Shown one piece after another: positions 14,201-25,645 of a stretch of 64,000 nt of DNA. The notes under the pieces are model-generated. The model was not told the DNA's origin. It saw only the letters and a list, made by a program, of their open reading frames with translations, and made no database searches. Within the stretch, counting starts at the first letter, position 1, and the number at the start of each line of letters is the position of its first letter. Both the position numbers and the translations under genes were made by a program. This DNA comes from Phoronis australis (taxonomy: Eukaryota; Animalia; Phoronida): the NCBI GenBank assembly GCA_002633005.1, contig NMRA01000159.1:472547-536546 (forward strand). The letters are read 5' to 3'.

Positions 14201-17200
14201 CTTTTAAAGTTTTGAACGGATTTTCATAAAATTTAGTATATAGGCACCTATTAGTGGGATGACGCTATCCTCTCGTTTTCAGATAGATTTGACGATGTTT
14301 ATGCCACCTAGTGGCCATTTTTACTGTTTTCGAGTCTGTTTTTTGCGTCCGCCCCTCTATCAACCAAACCGCTCAAAGGATGATTGTGAAAATTGGCATG
14401 TATGCTCTTACTATAAAGTGGACGGCTAACGATGATTTTCCAACGATTTGGACTTCTGTGGCTCCTCCTAGTGGAAGTTTTTTTTTTTGCACCTATGGCT
14501 GTATCCCCTTAACCGTTTGCTGGATCTTTACTAAATTTAGTAAGTGTATTGATACGATGTTAACAACAGAGGACGACGATTTTCAGACGGATCTGACTAG
14601 TGTGCCACCTAGTGGCAATTTTATTTTTTTACGTTTACCTCTGTATGTTCAAAGGTCCTCAACGTATTTTCATAAAATTTGCCATACAGGCCTCTATTAA
14701 TGAGTTTATGCTACCGTATTCGCCGTAATAACCGCCCATGCCCCTATAAGCGCCCCCCACGCGTTTTCAGACTTTGCTGAAATAAGCGCTCAGTCCATGA
14801 ACGTGTACATGCGAACAATGACGTACCTGCAGTCCTAAAACTCGGCTACAGTAACGTCTTCAATTTATCAAAAAAAAAAATTTGCATGGGTCTTCTAGAC
14901 CACCAGCGGCACTGCCACGTTTGTATTTAGCCGTGACAAAGTAACGCAGCGCTTCAAAAAGAAAGCAACAGCGTTGCTACGCTCTCGCGACGACCGTGTC
15001 CCATGGTCTGACCTTTCAGTAGACACATCGACTGTCTCATGAATAAAAATAACTCGGTGTTAAACGCACGTGGCCAGGAAGCGCGCGCTACATAACCTGT
15101 CATCAAGGACATTAGTTGGGAACTTTCCATTCATGAAGCGGGTAGCATAGCATCGATAAGAAATGAATATTGGAACTAATTTCCGACAATTTCTAATACT
15201 ATCAACATGTTTGCGTTATTTTTGAGATGCATTGTTTGATTAACCGTAATTGGTGTTATTAAGCCGAATATCCGATAAAATGACAACTGACACTGAATGC
15301 TTACACACCCTTACACCGAAAAATAAATGTCAGATAGTTACGTACGCATCCAGCTACACGGCGACTAATATCGGCCTTGCCGAGACAAATGTCGAAAGTT
15401 TTTAGCACAAGACCGGCAAGTGCTGAATAAAACACGCTCTGGTTTAGGTCTACTGCTTGTGCAAATTTCTTTAGATACATCTAGCTAGTTAGATTGCGTG
15501 GCTCTGACCGAAAGACGGTCTCTGCTTTGGCAAATGAACTCTGGTGACACGCACGCGCTCGCTTACTCGCTGACCAACTTCAAAACAAACGTCACGCGAC
15601 AACAACATGTGTGTTCGTCCAGACATTTTTCTCGCCATGTTGCCGATCATACATGTAGATGGTACGATGTTGCACAGATTTATACTTAAACCTGCCGTTA
15701 ATCCAGACTCCACGGGAACTTAAAAACCTTAGAGACGCTACTTATAAAATTGAATGAGGATTTCAGGTACTTTATCGAAACCATTTTTATTCAAGCATTG
15801 AAGTCGCCACATCGAAGACGGCGATTTCGAAGCAGTCAGTTGGTGAGTTTTCGCCCTGGGATTTCAGCACAATTTTCTGTAAAATGATCGTAATTTAGCA
15901 GCAAAGTTTGATAGCAATGCACCACAGTTTTGTAGAAAGTCTTTCATAGATTACATATACGTCACAGAGCGTAAATTTGATGAATCTTAGCTTCCGATTT
16001 CACCCGTTTCGGAGACCGATTTTCAACCGCCTTGGGTTATAATAAGCGCCCCCCTGAACCGAACTTTTCTAAGCGCCCTGGGCGGTTATTACGGCGAATA
16101 CGGTATCTCTCCGTTTTCAGATGGATTCGACCGAGTTTTCGCCACCTAGTGGCCATTTTTACTGTTTTCAAGTCTGTTTTTTTTGACGTCCACTCGTTTA
16201 TCAACCAAACCGCTTCAGGATAATTGTGAAAATTTGCATGTATGTTTTTACTATGAATTGGACGGCTGACGACGATTTTCCGATGAGTTCGACTACTGTG
16301 GCACCTCCTAGTGGCAGTTTTGTTTTTTTGCGCTCATGGTTGTATCTATTAAACCGTTTGCAGGATCTTTACTTAATTTAGCAAGTTTATGTATATGATG
16401 TTGACAATGGACTACGACGACTTTTGGACGGATCTGACTGCTGGTGTGCCCCCTAGTGGCAATTTTAGTTTTTTACGTTTACCAGTCTGTATCTTCAAAG
16501 GTCCTCAACAGATTATCATAAAATTTTGAATATAGGCATCTATTGGTGAGATGACACTATCATCCTGTTTTTGGATGGAATCAAGGTATTTTGCACCACC
16601 TGGTGGCCATTTTTGCTGTTTTCAAATCTTGTTTTTGGCGTCCACCCTTCGATCAACCAAATCATTGTAGGGATGGTTTTGAAAATTGGCGTTTTGAGTG
16701 TGAAGAGGACGTTTGATGATGGTGCCTGACTACTGTGGCGCCTCCTAGTGGTAGTTTTGTTTTGCTTTGCGCCCATAACTGTATCTCCAAAACCCACTGC
16801 AGGATCTTTATTAAATTTAGTAAGTGAATTTATATGAAGGTAACAGACGACGATTTTCAGGCAGATGGAATGGACACTGTGCCCACAAGTGGCAATTTCG
16901 TTTTGTTCTGTTTTCCTGTGTTGCTCTGAATTTCCTTGACAGATTTTTATGAAATATAGCATGTTCCCATTTTTGGATGGATTGTACTTTTTGCGCCATC
17001 TAGTGGTCATTGATATGATACAAATAAATAACCCTAAAAGCACACCGTTTGTGATGCATTCGTGGGCACATTTCAACGCTCCGCGTTGCTCTTGTTGCTA
17101 TTTTTACTGGAACTGTAAACCAGTAAAATCTCACCAATTTAGGACAAAATATGATGGACATTTGAAATTTTTTGGTAAAAGAACCATAGGTCACAGACAA

Positions 17201-19099
17201 AAGGATTCACAACTTTGGTGTTTTCTTGTGGAAGTCCTGGTTGACTAAATTTCGTTGAAATTTTGTTTTGTCGAAGTGAGGGCAAAAACCCACAGGAGAA
17301 GAATTTTGTTTGAAAATAAAGTTAAAAGCTTTGCATTGATGAGAAGAAACATTGTTAACTTTTTCTGTTGAACTAATTTATAGTTCATGTTTGTTCTGAT
17401 GGTTAATAAAATAAAACAGCGTTTAGTGTAACAGTTGCCATTTGATACCTGTTTTTTATTTCAGGTGTAAAAATTTCTCCGAGTCGTGACATGACACTGT
17501 GCCATAGTGACCCAGAAGTTACACGAGACGTTGACCTCAGACAGTCAACAGGTGCCGCCATGGACAGCAGTTATAAAAGATACAGCGGTTGTTTGGATTT
17601 AGATGATGTCACAAGTTATGCAAGGGAGATGGCTGACCGTGACATTCAGATGGGGTTAGAACAGATAAGCATAGGGTCAAAGATAGACCCAAATGGTGCA
17701 ATAGTAAGCGTGGACACAAATTACGTGGGAGGGTTTCCCTTGACCAAAGAAAGGGTAATGGTAGAATCAAGCAATACTGGTGATGGAGCACTGAATGGGA
17801 CAGGTGTGGTGTGCATGGATGATAGGGTAAAAGGTGAAGATGATGATGCAACAGGTGAAGACGACGTGTTGGATGGATCCTGGGATAGTAGCTGGTGGCC
17901 TGATGGAGACTCTGAGCCAGTCGTAGATAGTCGCCCTCTGGTGGACACTAACTCAGCAGTAGTAAATAATCATCCATTATTGAGACCTGGCTCTTCAATC
18001 ATGACTAGTTATCCAGTAGTGGAGACTGACTCTAAACTAAGCTCCAGGCCTACCCCTGTCAAACACGATTTAGGTGAAGAGTATGACATCAAAAAATTAG
18101 AAGTCAAGAAAGTAAGTCAGACAGACTTTGACTTTTTCGCTGATATGATGCCAGACTTCAAGGCTGTTGAACCAAAAAGTCAAGCAGTCAAGACACCAGT
18201 GTCCTCATATATTCATGCAGCTAGCTTGGAAACAGAAGTCTTCAAATCGCCAATATCATTTGCAGTTGAATCAACAAACTCAGTGGTAAGTCAAACCTTT
18301 TATCCTCATGACTGTATTTACTTAATCCTTTAGAGGATCTGGGTGAAATTTAGCAGATGTGTTTTTATAGAGATGGCAATGGATGACAAGAAGTTTCAGA
18401 CCAATCCGACTGCAGCTGTCTCCCCCTAGTGACAGTTATGTTTTTACATTTTCCTCTGTATCATTGGAGTTCAGGCATGGATTTTCATGAAATTAGGCAA
18501 ATAGATTTCTATTAAGACGACACCAATGCCTTCCCATTTTCGCATAGATTCAACATATTTCACCCCACCTAGTGGACATTTTTTTATTTCAAGTTCGTTT
18601 TTAGGTCCATCTCTTTATCCGCCAAACTGCACAAAGGATGATCATGAAACTTACTAGTTGTGTTCCCAATGAGAAGACAATGACTGATGTTGATTTTTGG
18701 ACAAGTCAAACAACTGTGGTGTCCCCTAGTGAGGATTTTGTATTTTTGCAACCATGGCTTCAGCTCCTGATTCTCTCGCAGGGTCTTTGTGAACTTTTGC
18801 AGGTGTTTTCCTATAAGTGTGACAACAGCTATCCACAAGTTTTTGGATGGCTCTGTCTACGGCTGTGCCCCCTTCTGACAATTTTCGTTTTTAGGTTTGC
18901 ATCTATGTTCCTTAACGAATTTTTATAAAATTTGGCAAATAGTTTTGTATTAGATAGACGATGATGCCTGTCCTGTTTCGGATGGGTTGGATGTATTCTG
19001 TGAACATTAAAACAGCCCTAGAAGCACACCGTTTGCGGTGCAGTCTTGGGCACATTTCAACGCATTGCTCTTGTTTTGGGTAATGAGTATGTCAACAAA

Positions 19100-19158
<59 letters not shown>

Positions 19159-19457
19159 GACGCCTCTTATTCTGCTGTAATTGCAAACATTAACTTCAGT
19201 TTCGAATGTTCCCCAGCACTTTTGGGATAATAACACGAAAATTTATTTTTAAAAATGCATCTTGGGGCACTGAAGAGTGGTGATGAGCCTGTTATTACAT
19301 TGGGGCACTGACGAGTAGCGATGACCTGCATTGTTGTCTGGTGCATGGTTCCAAAGGTGTGCAGAAGGTAACATTCTGAAGTTTCATTGAATTCTGTCGA
19401 CAGGAGGTTGGAGAACAGTGGAACGACTGTGATGACTGGGGCACTGAAGATTGGTGA
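2114..19457 (+). CDS. SCYL3: SCYL3/PACE1-like pseudokinase (SCY1 family), spliced and 5'-incomplete: join(2114-2299,3328-3498,5595-5691,7894-8077,9528-9667,10808-11001,12027-12167,13275-13333,13822-13925,17465-18285,19404-19457), 716 aa in window
   Basis: All introns are GT-AG with matching phases, and the exons sum to 2151 nt (717 codons). Motifs: LKRLRHPGILRF, VVTEYVQPL, CHNNL..SSVYVS.DGSWKLAGMDF (degenerate kinase), RDVYAFG, HEAT-like region, LGEEYDIKK, DFFADMMP, and an acidic Trp-rich C-terminus as in SCYL3. Confidence 0.92.
3328..3498 (+). CDS. SCYL3: SCYL3 exon (AGVCHNNL...ISPEEK)
   Basis: tctttag acceptor, gttagt donor; HNN and WKLAGM motifs of SCY1 pseudokinases. Confidence 0.92.
5147..5304 (+). 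mobile_element. ~160-bp MITE-like repeat (CAGGGGCGGATCC...TCCGCCACTG family)
   Basis: Homologous copies at 31657-31819 (+), 47912-48076 (-) and 26308-26611 (-, with an insertion); short terminal inverted repeats. Confidence 0.7.
5595..5691 (+). CDS. SCYL3: SCYL3 exon (ADEAFPPNTEYSRDVYAFGVLAELLLEALNEL)
   Basis: gtgcag acceptor, gtgagt donor; subdomain IX-like DVYAFG; phase 0 to 1. Confidence 0.88.
5897..6480 (+). mobile_element. Degenerate MITE, Harbinger-like
   Basis: Shares both ends (ggcgcaa.tgaca.gg.gcaa...atcggtgtcaag; gtgtcag.tgatccgtgtcaactt...agtgta) with 27855-28270. Confidence 0.5.
7150..7551 (+). mobile_element. PIF/Harbinger-type MITE with CAG target-site duplication
   Basis: TIRs GGCCCGGTCTC(C/T)AATC; CAG on both flanks; near-identical copy at 52225-52610; diverged inverted relative at ~6570-6800. 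Confidence 0.85.
7894..8077 (+). CDS. SCYL3: SCYL3 exon (EITKTFELRLQDELLNSDPSKRP...FRNDFLEIVKFLKNITMKSNEEKDAFF)
   Basis: ttgcag acceptor, gtaagt donor; DP.KRP and FRNDFLE motifs; phase 1 to 2. Confidence 0.9.
9528..9667 (+). CDS. SCYL3: SCYL3 exon (SLLLKLQQLPEDLVANRLVELLLSRLVLL...PHLLTPKG)
   Basis: tttcag acceptor, gtaggt donor; phase 2 to 1. Confidence 0.88.
10808..11001 (+). CDS. SCYL3: SCYL3 exon (STPLL...EDLFKSHVIPIVFKIFHVHDTHIRLQLL...VLPQ)
   Basis: ttccag acceptor, gttcgt donor; HEAT-repeat-like; phase 1 to 0. Confidence 0.9.
12027..12167 (+). CDS. SCYL3: SCYL3 exon (VRLGCYDLNDALVEESLRVLADLVRLLGGDTV...EGKPK)
   Basis: ttgtag acceptor, gtatgt donor; resembles the last HEAT-region segment of SCYL3. 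Confidence 0.9.
13275..13333 (+). CDS. SCYL3: SCYL3 short exon (NQTVSGSRVPRPVKQTMTT)
   Basis: tttcag acceptor, gtaatg donor; its phase (0 to 2) bridges the flanking exons. Confidence 0.65.
13329..13570 (+). repeat. ~43-bp minisatellite starting at the exon donor site
   Basis: Unit cacaaggtaatgtgtctgcctattaccatagactatacttagt, 4-5 diverged copies. Confidence 0.85.
13822..13925 (+). CDS. SCYL3: SCYL3 exon (NGLSRPMKPPRKQRAEERRK...KFLK)
   Basis: atgcag acceptor, gtacat donor; phase 2 to 1; charged segment. Confidence 0.7.
13957..17096 (+). mobile_element. Full-length HINE/DINE-1-like element (family A), interrupted by a pogo-type MITE
   Basis: 5' subterminal repeat atgctcccac with hairpin, (ccgt)-rich microsatellite, ~150-bp tandem core units, 3' subTIR gtgggcacat followed by hairpin caacgctccgcgttg and ctcttgtt; T-rich flanks with no TSD. 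Confidence 0.75.
14714..16103. mobile_element. Tc1/mariner-pogo-type non-autonomous element, 1390 bp, TA TSD
   Basis: Perfect TIRs CCGTATTCGCCGTAATAACCGCCCA; TA on both sides; removing it restores the host HINE unit (gctatc..). Confidence 0.9.
17465..18285 (+). CDS. SCYL3: SCYL3 long exon, disordered acidic region
   Basis: tttcag acceptor, gtaagt donor; 280-aa ORF containing LGEEYDIKK and DFFADMMP. Confidence 0.9.
18335..19075 (+). mobile_element. Diverged, 5'-truncated HINE family A copy
   Basis: Core units plus the same 3' end (gcacaccgtttg...gggcacatttcaacgc..ttgctcttgtt). Confidence 0.7.
19101..19158. repeat. (TTA)n microsatellite
   Basis: Perfect run of ATT/TTA triplets. Confidence 0.97.
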
Positions 19458-19710
19458 TGACCCTGTTATTACCTTGAGGGCACTGAAGAGTGGCGAAGAC
19501 CCTGTAATAACCTTGAGGGCACTGAAGAGTGGCGATGACCCGTTAATAACCTTGAGGGCACTGAAGAGTGGCAAAGACCTTGTACTAACCTTGTGGCACT
19601 GAAGAGTGGTGATGACCTTGTTACCTTGGGGCACTGAAGAGTAGCGATGACCCAGTTATTACCTTGAGATTACCTGAGGGTGACTCTGTGACAACGAGCA
19701 CTGAAGAATG
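19262..19710 (+). repeat. ~39-bp minisatellite overlapping the SCYL3 stop codon
   Basis: Unit tgagggcactgaagagtggcgatgaccctgttattacct, about 8 copies on both sides of, and within, the last exon. Confidence 0.9.
19404..19457 (+). CDS. SCYL3: SCYL3 terminal coding exon (EVGEQWNDCDDWGTEDW*)
   Basis: gacag acceptor, phase 0; acidic Trp-rich tail typical of the SCYL3 C-terminus; TGA at 19455-19457. Confidence 0.8.
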   Translation, partial: EVGEQWNDCDDWGTEDW

Positions 19711-19927
19711 CTGACATACATTAAAATACCATCCCCCTTCACTGGTGCAATAGATATATATGCCAGAACTGCCAGAATCATCATGAACTCTGATCTCAGT
19801 TCCTTTTGTGTGACGCAAGGCGATTACCATGTCAGCAGTCACTTGAATTGGACCTCTTTGAAGCGTGATAGATATAGGTACTGGCTTGGCCTGGCGGTGC
19901 TGGACAAAGTCCGTTGGCAACACCTAA

Positions 19928-20276
19928 AAGGATACCAAACACTGTTTTGATGATTTCCACCAATCCTTGTTCTGTCACCTGCTGCATCATTGGCGTCAAT
20001 CTTGTAAGTTAAAGACAGGAATTGACTAAAAACTTATCCTCCCTATTTCACAAATTTGACCTATTGGTCCTTGGTGGGTGGTCTTTTCCACAGTTGTGTA
20101 AATCCCAAAAGGTAGGTCAGGCTTGCCTCTTTAGCAGACTGAAAGAAGTTTTCAAAATTTTCTGCATTCTTTTGAGGGTTGTGGTGGGTTACAGACCATT
20201 ATTCCGTTTCAAGGAACTGGATGGGACAGTCTATTTTAGTATCTGTTAATAGGCCAAAACTGGGTTTGGTATCCTT
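19928..20276. mobile_element. Kolobok-type MITE (TTAA-like target)
   Basis: TIRs AAGGATACCAAAC / GTTTGGTATCCTT flanked by ctaa and ttaa; relatives at ~28500-28690 and 51899-52627. Confidence 0.7.
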
Positions 20277-22629
20277 TTAAATATTGGCCAGATCTGCATT
20301 TGACAACCTGCTCTCCCACTGGAGTTAAAATGGGAGTTCTTTGCAACATCTAGGGAGAGTCAGATATCACCACATATTTGCTAAAATTGTAATTGTTTTT
20401 ACAAGATCTTGACTGATCATTATTTGAAATTCTACATTTATTTGTTTTCTGCTGATGATGATTTCCATGTTTTAGTTAAAGATTGCAGTTGTCAATTTTT
20501 TGCAACTCAAAACCACAATTTACCACACTCAGGACCTATAATTCATCATCAGGATCAAAATTTAACACACTAGGGTCGAAAATTTGTCTGCCAAGATCGA
20601 AAATTTAGAGCATCAGGACGGAACATTTATCACACCCGAGCAGAAAATTTCCCTCGCTGGTTTTCTGCGTGTCCGCTAGGGGGTAGAGAACACGCAGGTA
20701 TCATTTAATTTTTATCGGGAAACTTTTTGTACACCAGCGTTTCTGATTGGCTGGTCGAATTTTCAATAGGTAGCCTTTATGCAAACAAACTGACATGACT
20801 TAGTGATGGAGGAAGTGTAAATGTGGTCTATTGTACAAACAAATCGGTGCTTAATTCATGTTCAAGAATTGTAATTCAGAAAATTGTGGTTGTGCCTTTT
20901 CGGAGTGCATTTTTCTACTGTCGCTGACTTTTTTATTGTTGCTGTCCTGTATTCGTACAGTAGGAATAACACACGGGTCAAATCGGCCAGATGACGGCGT
21001 GTTTATGGTACATGTATGTGCTTCAAGCACGCGGCTATTAAACATCACTGCAGAAACGAAACAGTTGCTGTTAGGCCACTTGCATGACAAGGCTAACAAA
21101 ATCGTTCATAGTCTGCCATTTTCTTTCTCTGTTGTAAAGCTACCAATGGCTGCCGTGGTTACATCAACCAGTGATAAAGCGCATGCTACTGAATAATACC
21201 TGCGTGTTCTCAGGCCCGTAGCCAGGGGTGGGGGTTCGATCGACCCCCCCCCCCCCCCCAGAAAGGTCCAGCTCCACTGAACCTATCCGTTAAAGATATG
21301 ATCTAGATGGACAAGAACAACAAAATTATTACTACAATAATAACTAAGTAATAATTTTGAATTTGCTTCTGATTCAAAGGGCTTAACGTAATCATTGGGC
21401 CGTACCCGCCCAACGTAACGCCCTCCCGTGTTTGCGTAGGTGATAGGATCGTGCAGACGGTATTGAACGCGCGTGGTGGCTACAACATAGGGTAACACGG
21501 GAGTATAGAAGTTAATATCTAAACGTAGCTAAGCTACATGTATATATGGTAGCGAGAGAACTCGCAAAAGTACTGGGGTGTGAATGTCTTAAAATCGACC
21601 AGAACATAGGTTGTTTTTGCTATTTTGGTATGTTTGCGTGATAGGATAAAGTGCAGGCATGAAATTTCGAATTGAAATTGATCGTCAAATACGTTGTTTA
21701 TCCAGTGTCCTCTTTGATTGTGGATTGGTGGATTGACATACATGCTTGTGTACGTGTGTGCGTTTCCATTGTTTTAAATTCTGTACACGCCGACGGTAAA
21801 TTCATCTTAGGCAGTCTTTCGTGGTCGCTCAAAAACCAGACAGTGTTTCTTGCAGTGACGAGCACGTTCACTTCATTAAGGAAAAGTTGGTATACACCTA
21901 ATACAAACTTTGGTCAATGAAGAAAGTCTTCTCTTGCCAATCAGTGTCAATGGTGCACTACCTCGTAGACTTCATACGAGCAAGAAACTTGATGGAGAAA
22001 AATGTCCAAGGTTCACTACTCTGAAGGTCCATTGCTCGATCTGCAGGTTCACTACGTTCACCACGTCGAATGTCCACATACTACGAAACCAGAACTCCGA
22101 AATTCATTACTCTGATTGTCTGCTAATGAGTCGGAACTGACGTGAATAAAGTGTTGTATTTGTGCCCCAGGGTGTGTAAGAACTAAATAGTTTTAAAAAC
22201 GTTGATTGCGTTGTTTACAAAATGAGCCTAGTTCCAGTCACTGTCAATCGTGATTCTTGAATCTAATCAACGACTCATTCTCAAGCAGGGACAACATCTG
22301 AGGCACGGGTCAGTGCTGCGGCGACCAACGGCGGTTTTGAATTTAAGAAGACTGAATGGGACTCTCCGACTGGCAGGGACACGGTAGCCTAATGACTACA
22401 TTTAGTTTCGAGTGTATAAGAGGGATGTGGATACAGTGTATAGACCGATTTAGACGGTAAAAAGACTAATTAAATCGGGTAGCATTCTCCTTTGAGACTC
22501 GCCTGAATATTAAAGTTTACAAAAAATAATGACTCAGAAGAGGTGCAAGTAGACAAAAACAAATCGATATCTTACTATATACTCTTAGGCTATTTCAGTG
22601 TTTGTTAAAATGTTTAGAAATCAGATTTC

Positions 22630-23360
22630 TGAAAAATTTCCTGCAGTATTTTTTCTATAGGAATTGCTATAGGAAATCTTGATCCTATAGGAATCCTATA
22701 GGAAATCGATATTCCTATAGCAATTTCTATAGGATCCTTTAGGAATTCCTGTAGGGTCCTATTGAATATTTCCATATGGGTAGTCCGATCTAGTTGGACT
22801 AAAGGTGACAATTTGGTACGGTAGGTTATCACGCTGATCTAAAATATGTTCCGACCGCGAATTAGTCTGGACTAACTCTAATGCGAAAACAGCTAATGAG
22901 AGAGGCTATGTAAACATTGGTTTGCCAATTTTCTCCCCTCACTTGCTATCGCTGTCGAACTGATAACGACACTTCTGTATCCCGATTAGCCAATCCTGAA
23001 ATCGGGATACTCATCCTACAGCGCGAGTGCGCAACGCAACATCGAAGCTTCCTTCGCTTGTCGTGGAGTTAATATGTTAATTGCTTCGTCATTTTGTTAT
23101 TTCCTATATTAAATCATAAACTAGTTGTCTTCGTTTCATTGCCAGAAATAATTTCCTTTGAAAATGAGACTTAATATTGTCTATGAAGTACATTGTTTTA
23201 CGTTTTGTGTAAAAAGCACATTTTGGAACGTAAAGCACAACTCCAGTAGAAAATTTCATAGGTTCCAGAACGATAGTCTATGGAGCTTTCTATAAGATCC
23301 TATTGCATTTCCTATAGTTCTGATCGAGCCTATAGAATCCTGTTGAACTTCCTATACAAA
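22630..23360. repeat. Two clusters of ctatagga/tcctatag short repeats, probably subterminal repeats of a DNA-transposon relic
   Basis: Repeated CTATAG-centred motifs at 22650-22780 and 23255-23360. Confidence 0.5.
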
Positions 23361-25019
23361 CACATTGACCATCCTACAGCATCCAGTACAGAACTGCTAG
23401 GAATCCCGACAACCAATTGTCACTCTTTTTCTTATGTTGAGACATGTTTAACTTTATAATTGTACAGTGAACAGTGAGTAGACAGAAACTGTCACAGACG
23501 AGAGTGTGCGAAATGGCGGGAAGCAGGCAGCCGCCCGTATGCCCGCCAAATAGGAGGTCAGATGCCGAATCTTGCGGGCAAGGCAACTGCGGGTACGAAG
23601 GTGGCTAAAATTATCCTAACATTACGCCTCAGTTTCGGGAGACTCCCTTTCAACGTACTTTTTCGTACTGCTTAAAAGCAGTATCAGTTCATTTGGGGAA
23701 TGCGTGATTGACAAAGCCCGGGAGATTTGTCACGGCACTCGCAGCTAGTAATTCATCCAAAATGACGTGGTCTCGTCGAAAACACATGGCGGCATTACTT
23801 GCAAAATCTTGCTTTTTAGCAACATACTTTAGGTTTACTGAACCCTCCCCAAAATTATCGTCTGTGTCTCCGTCAGCGGACATTGTCGCACAAACCGGAA
23901 CGAGTAAGTCCGTTCGGCATCATGAAACAAAATGTTCATGCCTCTCAAATCGTGACAATTCTCCAGCCTTTCGACTAGCAATATCAGTATCTTGGCTAAT
24001 ACCATGGCGGAAAGAACTCCGCTTTTTCGTGAAGTGGGGAGATAATTTAGGACGAGCTAATTTTGTCCCATCAGCTAAACTAGTTCAGCAAAGTCGTCGC
24101 AAGGAGGCGCTAATATGACCTTCGCCGTAGAAAGGTTCTATGCCGGCATGGTCTTACGTAACATTTGATCATTGTAACTTATTGCATAATGTACGCGTGA
24201 CTCTGTACGCACTGAAGATTTCAATAGTGTTGTTTTTCGACATGCCTCTTCAGAAGGGCATTAGTTTTGACAACGCCCTTATATTATGTAATGATCACTG
24301 AATAGACCCCATCCCCCCTGGACACCAGCGTTACCTTGTACTTAAAGCTTTTCTCTGAATAACAATATAATGCGAAGTTACAGCTCTGGTCTTGGAATCC
24401 CGCCTGTTTGTCTCTGTTCATTTTGGCCGTGTACTAACTCCGTCTATCGGTGTTATTGCCAAAGCGCTTTCTGTCTGTATTTTATGTCGTTACTAGGTCA
24501 TAGGTCGCACGTTCTAAAAAGCCTATTTAACTTTGTTGGTACCGGGTTCGTGTACACTACATGTACATGGGGGGGCAGTGTCCATTAGATTGTTAAACAC
24601 AGTACTAATTACGGTGGCACTCACTATGATGGAAAGTTATATTTTATGATGTCAACAATTTTGCAAGAAAAGTAATGTAACAAGGCTGCGACTGACAGTG
24701 AAAGAACAATGTAGTCTCGGTGTGGACGTCTATTGTGGAAAGTAAAACCCTACAAAAGCAATAAAAAGGAATATCACAACAGTGTCAGTAAATCCGTGCA
24801 CAACATTTGGCACAACCGATCGATTTGTTTAAACATATATTTACACGTCTTCTTTTCTACAACACAATAAATCAGTTTCTACCACAGTTACTATTAAAGG
24901 AGAAGGCATCCTTTTTTTCCATGTCATTTTTACTAAAAATACGGTTCGTTTATTATCCCACACATTTGTTACGGTTAATAATGGCTTCCCGTAATTTTAG
25001 TCGTGCCTTACTCCGGAAG

Positions 25020-25645
25020 TGACGTTTAGACTGCCGCTGTTGATTCCCTACAAGCTACAAGTAGAAAGACATGTGAAAACTTCTAGAAAGAATGGACTAC
25101 GTACCGGTACTGTTTGTGATCAAGATATTGTAGAAGATGAATATCATTCTTTCATCGAGTATACGCTTTATGACGACCTAAGAACAACTTACGAGATAGT
25201 TAATAATTTGAACTGTGTAATTACTCTAAAAACATCATGTTTGAAATGTAATATTTTAAATGTAGCTCGGTACTTCATGCGCGCATTCAGGGGGGCTGGG
25301 GGGATCGAATGAGCCCCCCCCCCATTTGGCGAAGTGGACAAAAAGGTCCGCCTCAGAGAAACAAGAAGTCCGAGAAAACGAGACCGGAATTCGGTGCGAA
25401 TACACAATCCATAGGTCTGAACGTAGCACCCCGTTTTTTAGTCCCCGTTTCTTTTTTCAGTAAAAGGTCCACATACTGAAAATTTTGAGCCCCCCCCCCT
25501 ATATTTTAGGCTGCGTGCGAGCACATAGGCCTTACTTGTTGGCTACTGGTAGAAGACACGATGTAAAGGTGTAACTTTGTATTGTAAAACTATGTACATG
25601 TATATGGGCCGAAGCCCTTTGTACTACAAGGAAAATAAACTGAAG
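25020..25645 (+). mobile_element. Decayed LINE 3' end (RTE-X-like), interrupted by a small MITE at ~25276-25530
   Basis: KLQVE...VCDQDIVEDEYH..(C)..YDDLR resembles a LINE ORF2 C-terminal Cys/His motif; tail with aataaa near 25634. Confidence 0.6.

Noticed and set aside
13957-17096. Conserved motif with variable intervening sequence resembling a repeat-spacer array
   Set aside because: The intervening sequences are homologous to each other (diverged tandem monomers), not acquired spacers.
19262-19710. CRISPR-like array or repeat-protein ORFs (19167-19634 -, 19387-19602 +)
   Set aside because: Units are contiguous with no unique spacers, there are no cas genes, and the context is eukaryotic. 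The ORFs arise because the 39-bp unit is divisible by 3.
23374-24118. GC-richer segment with several overlapping ORFs
   Set aside because: No recognisable domain or splice structure; probably a decayed transposon interior.
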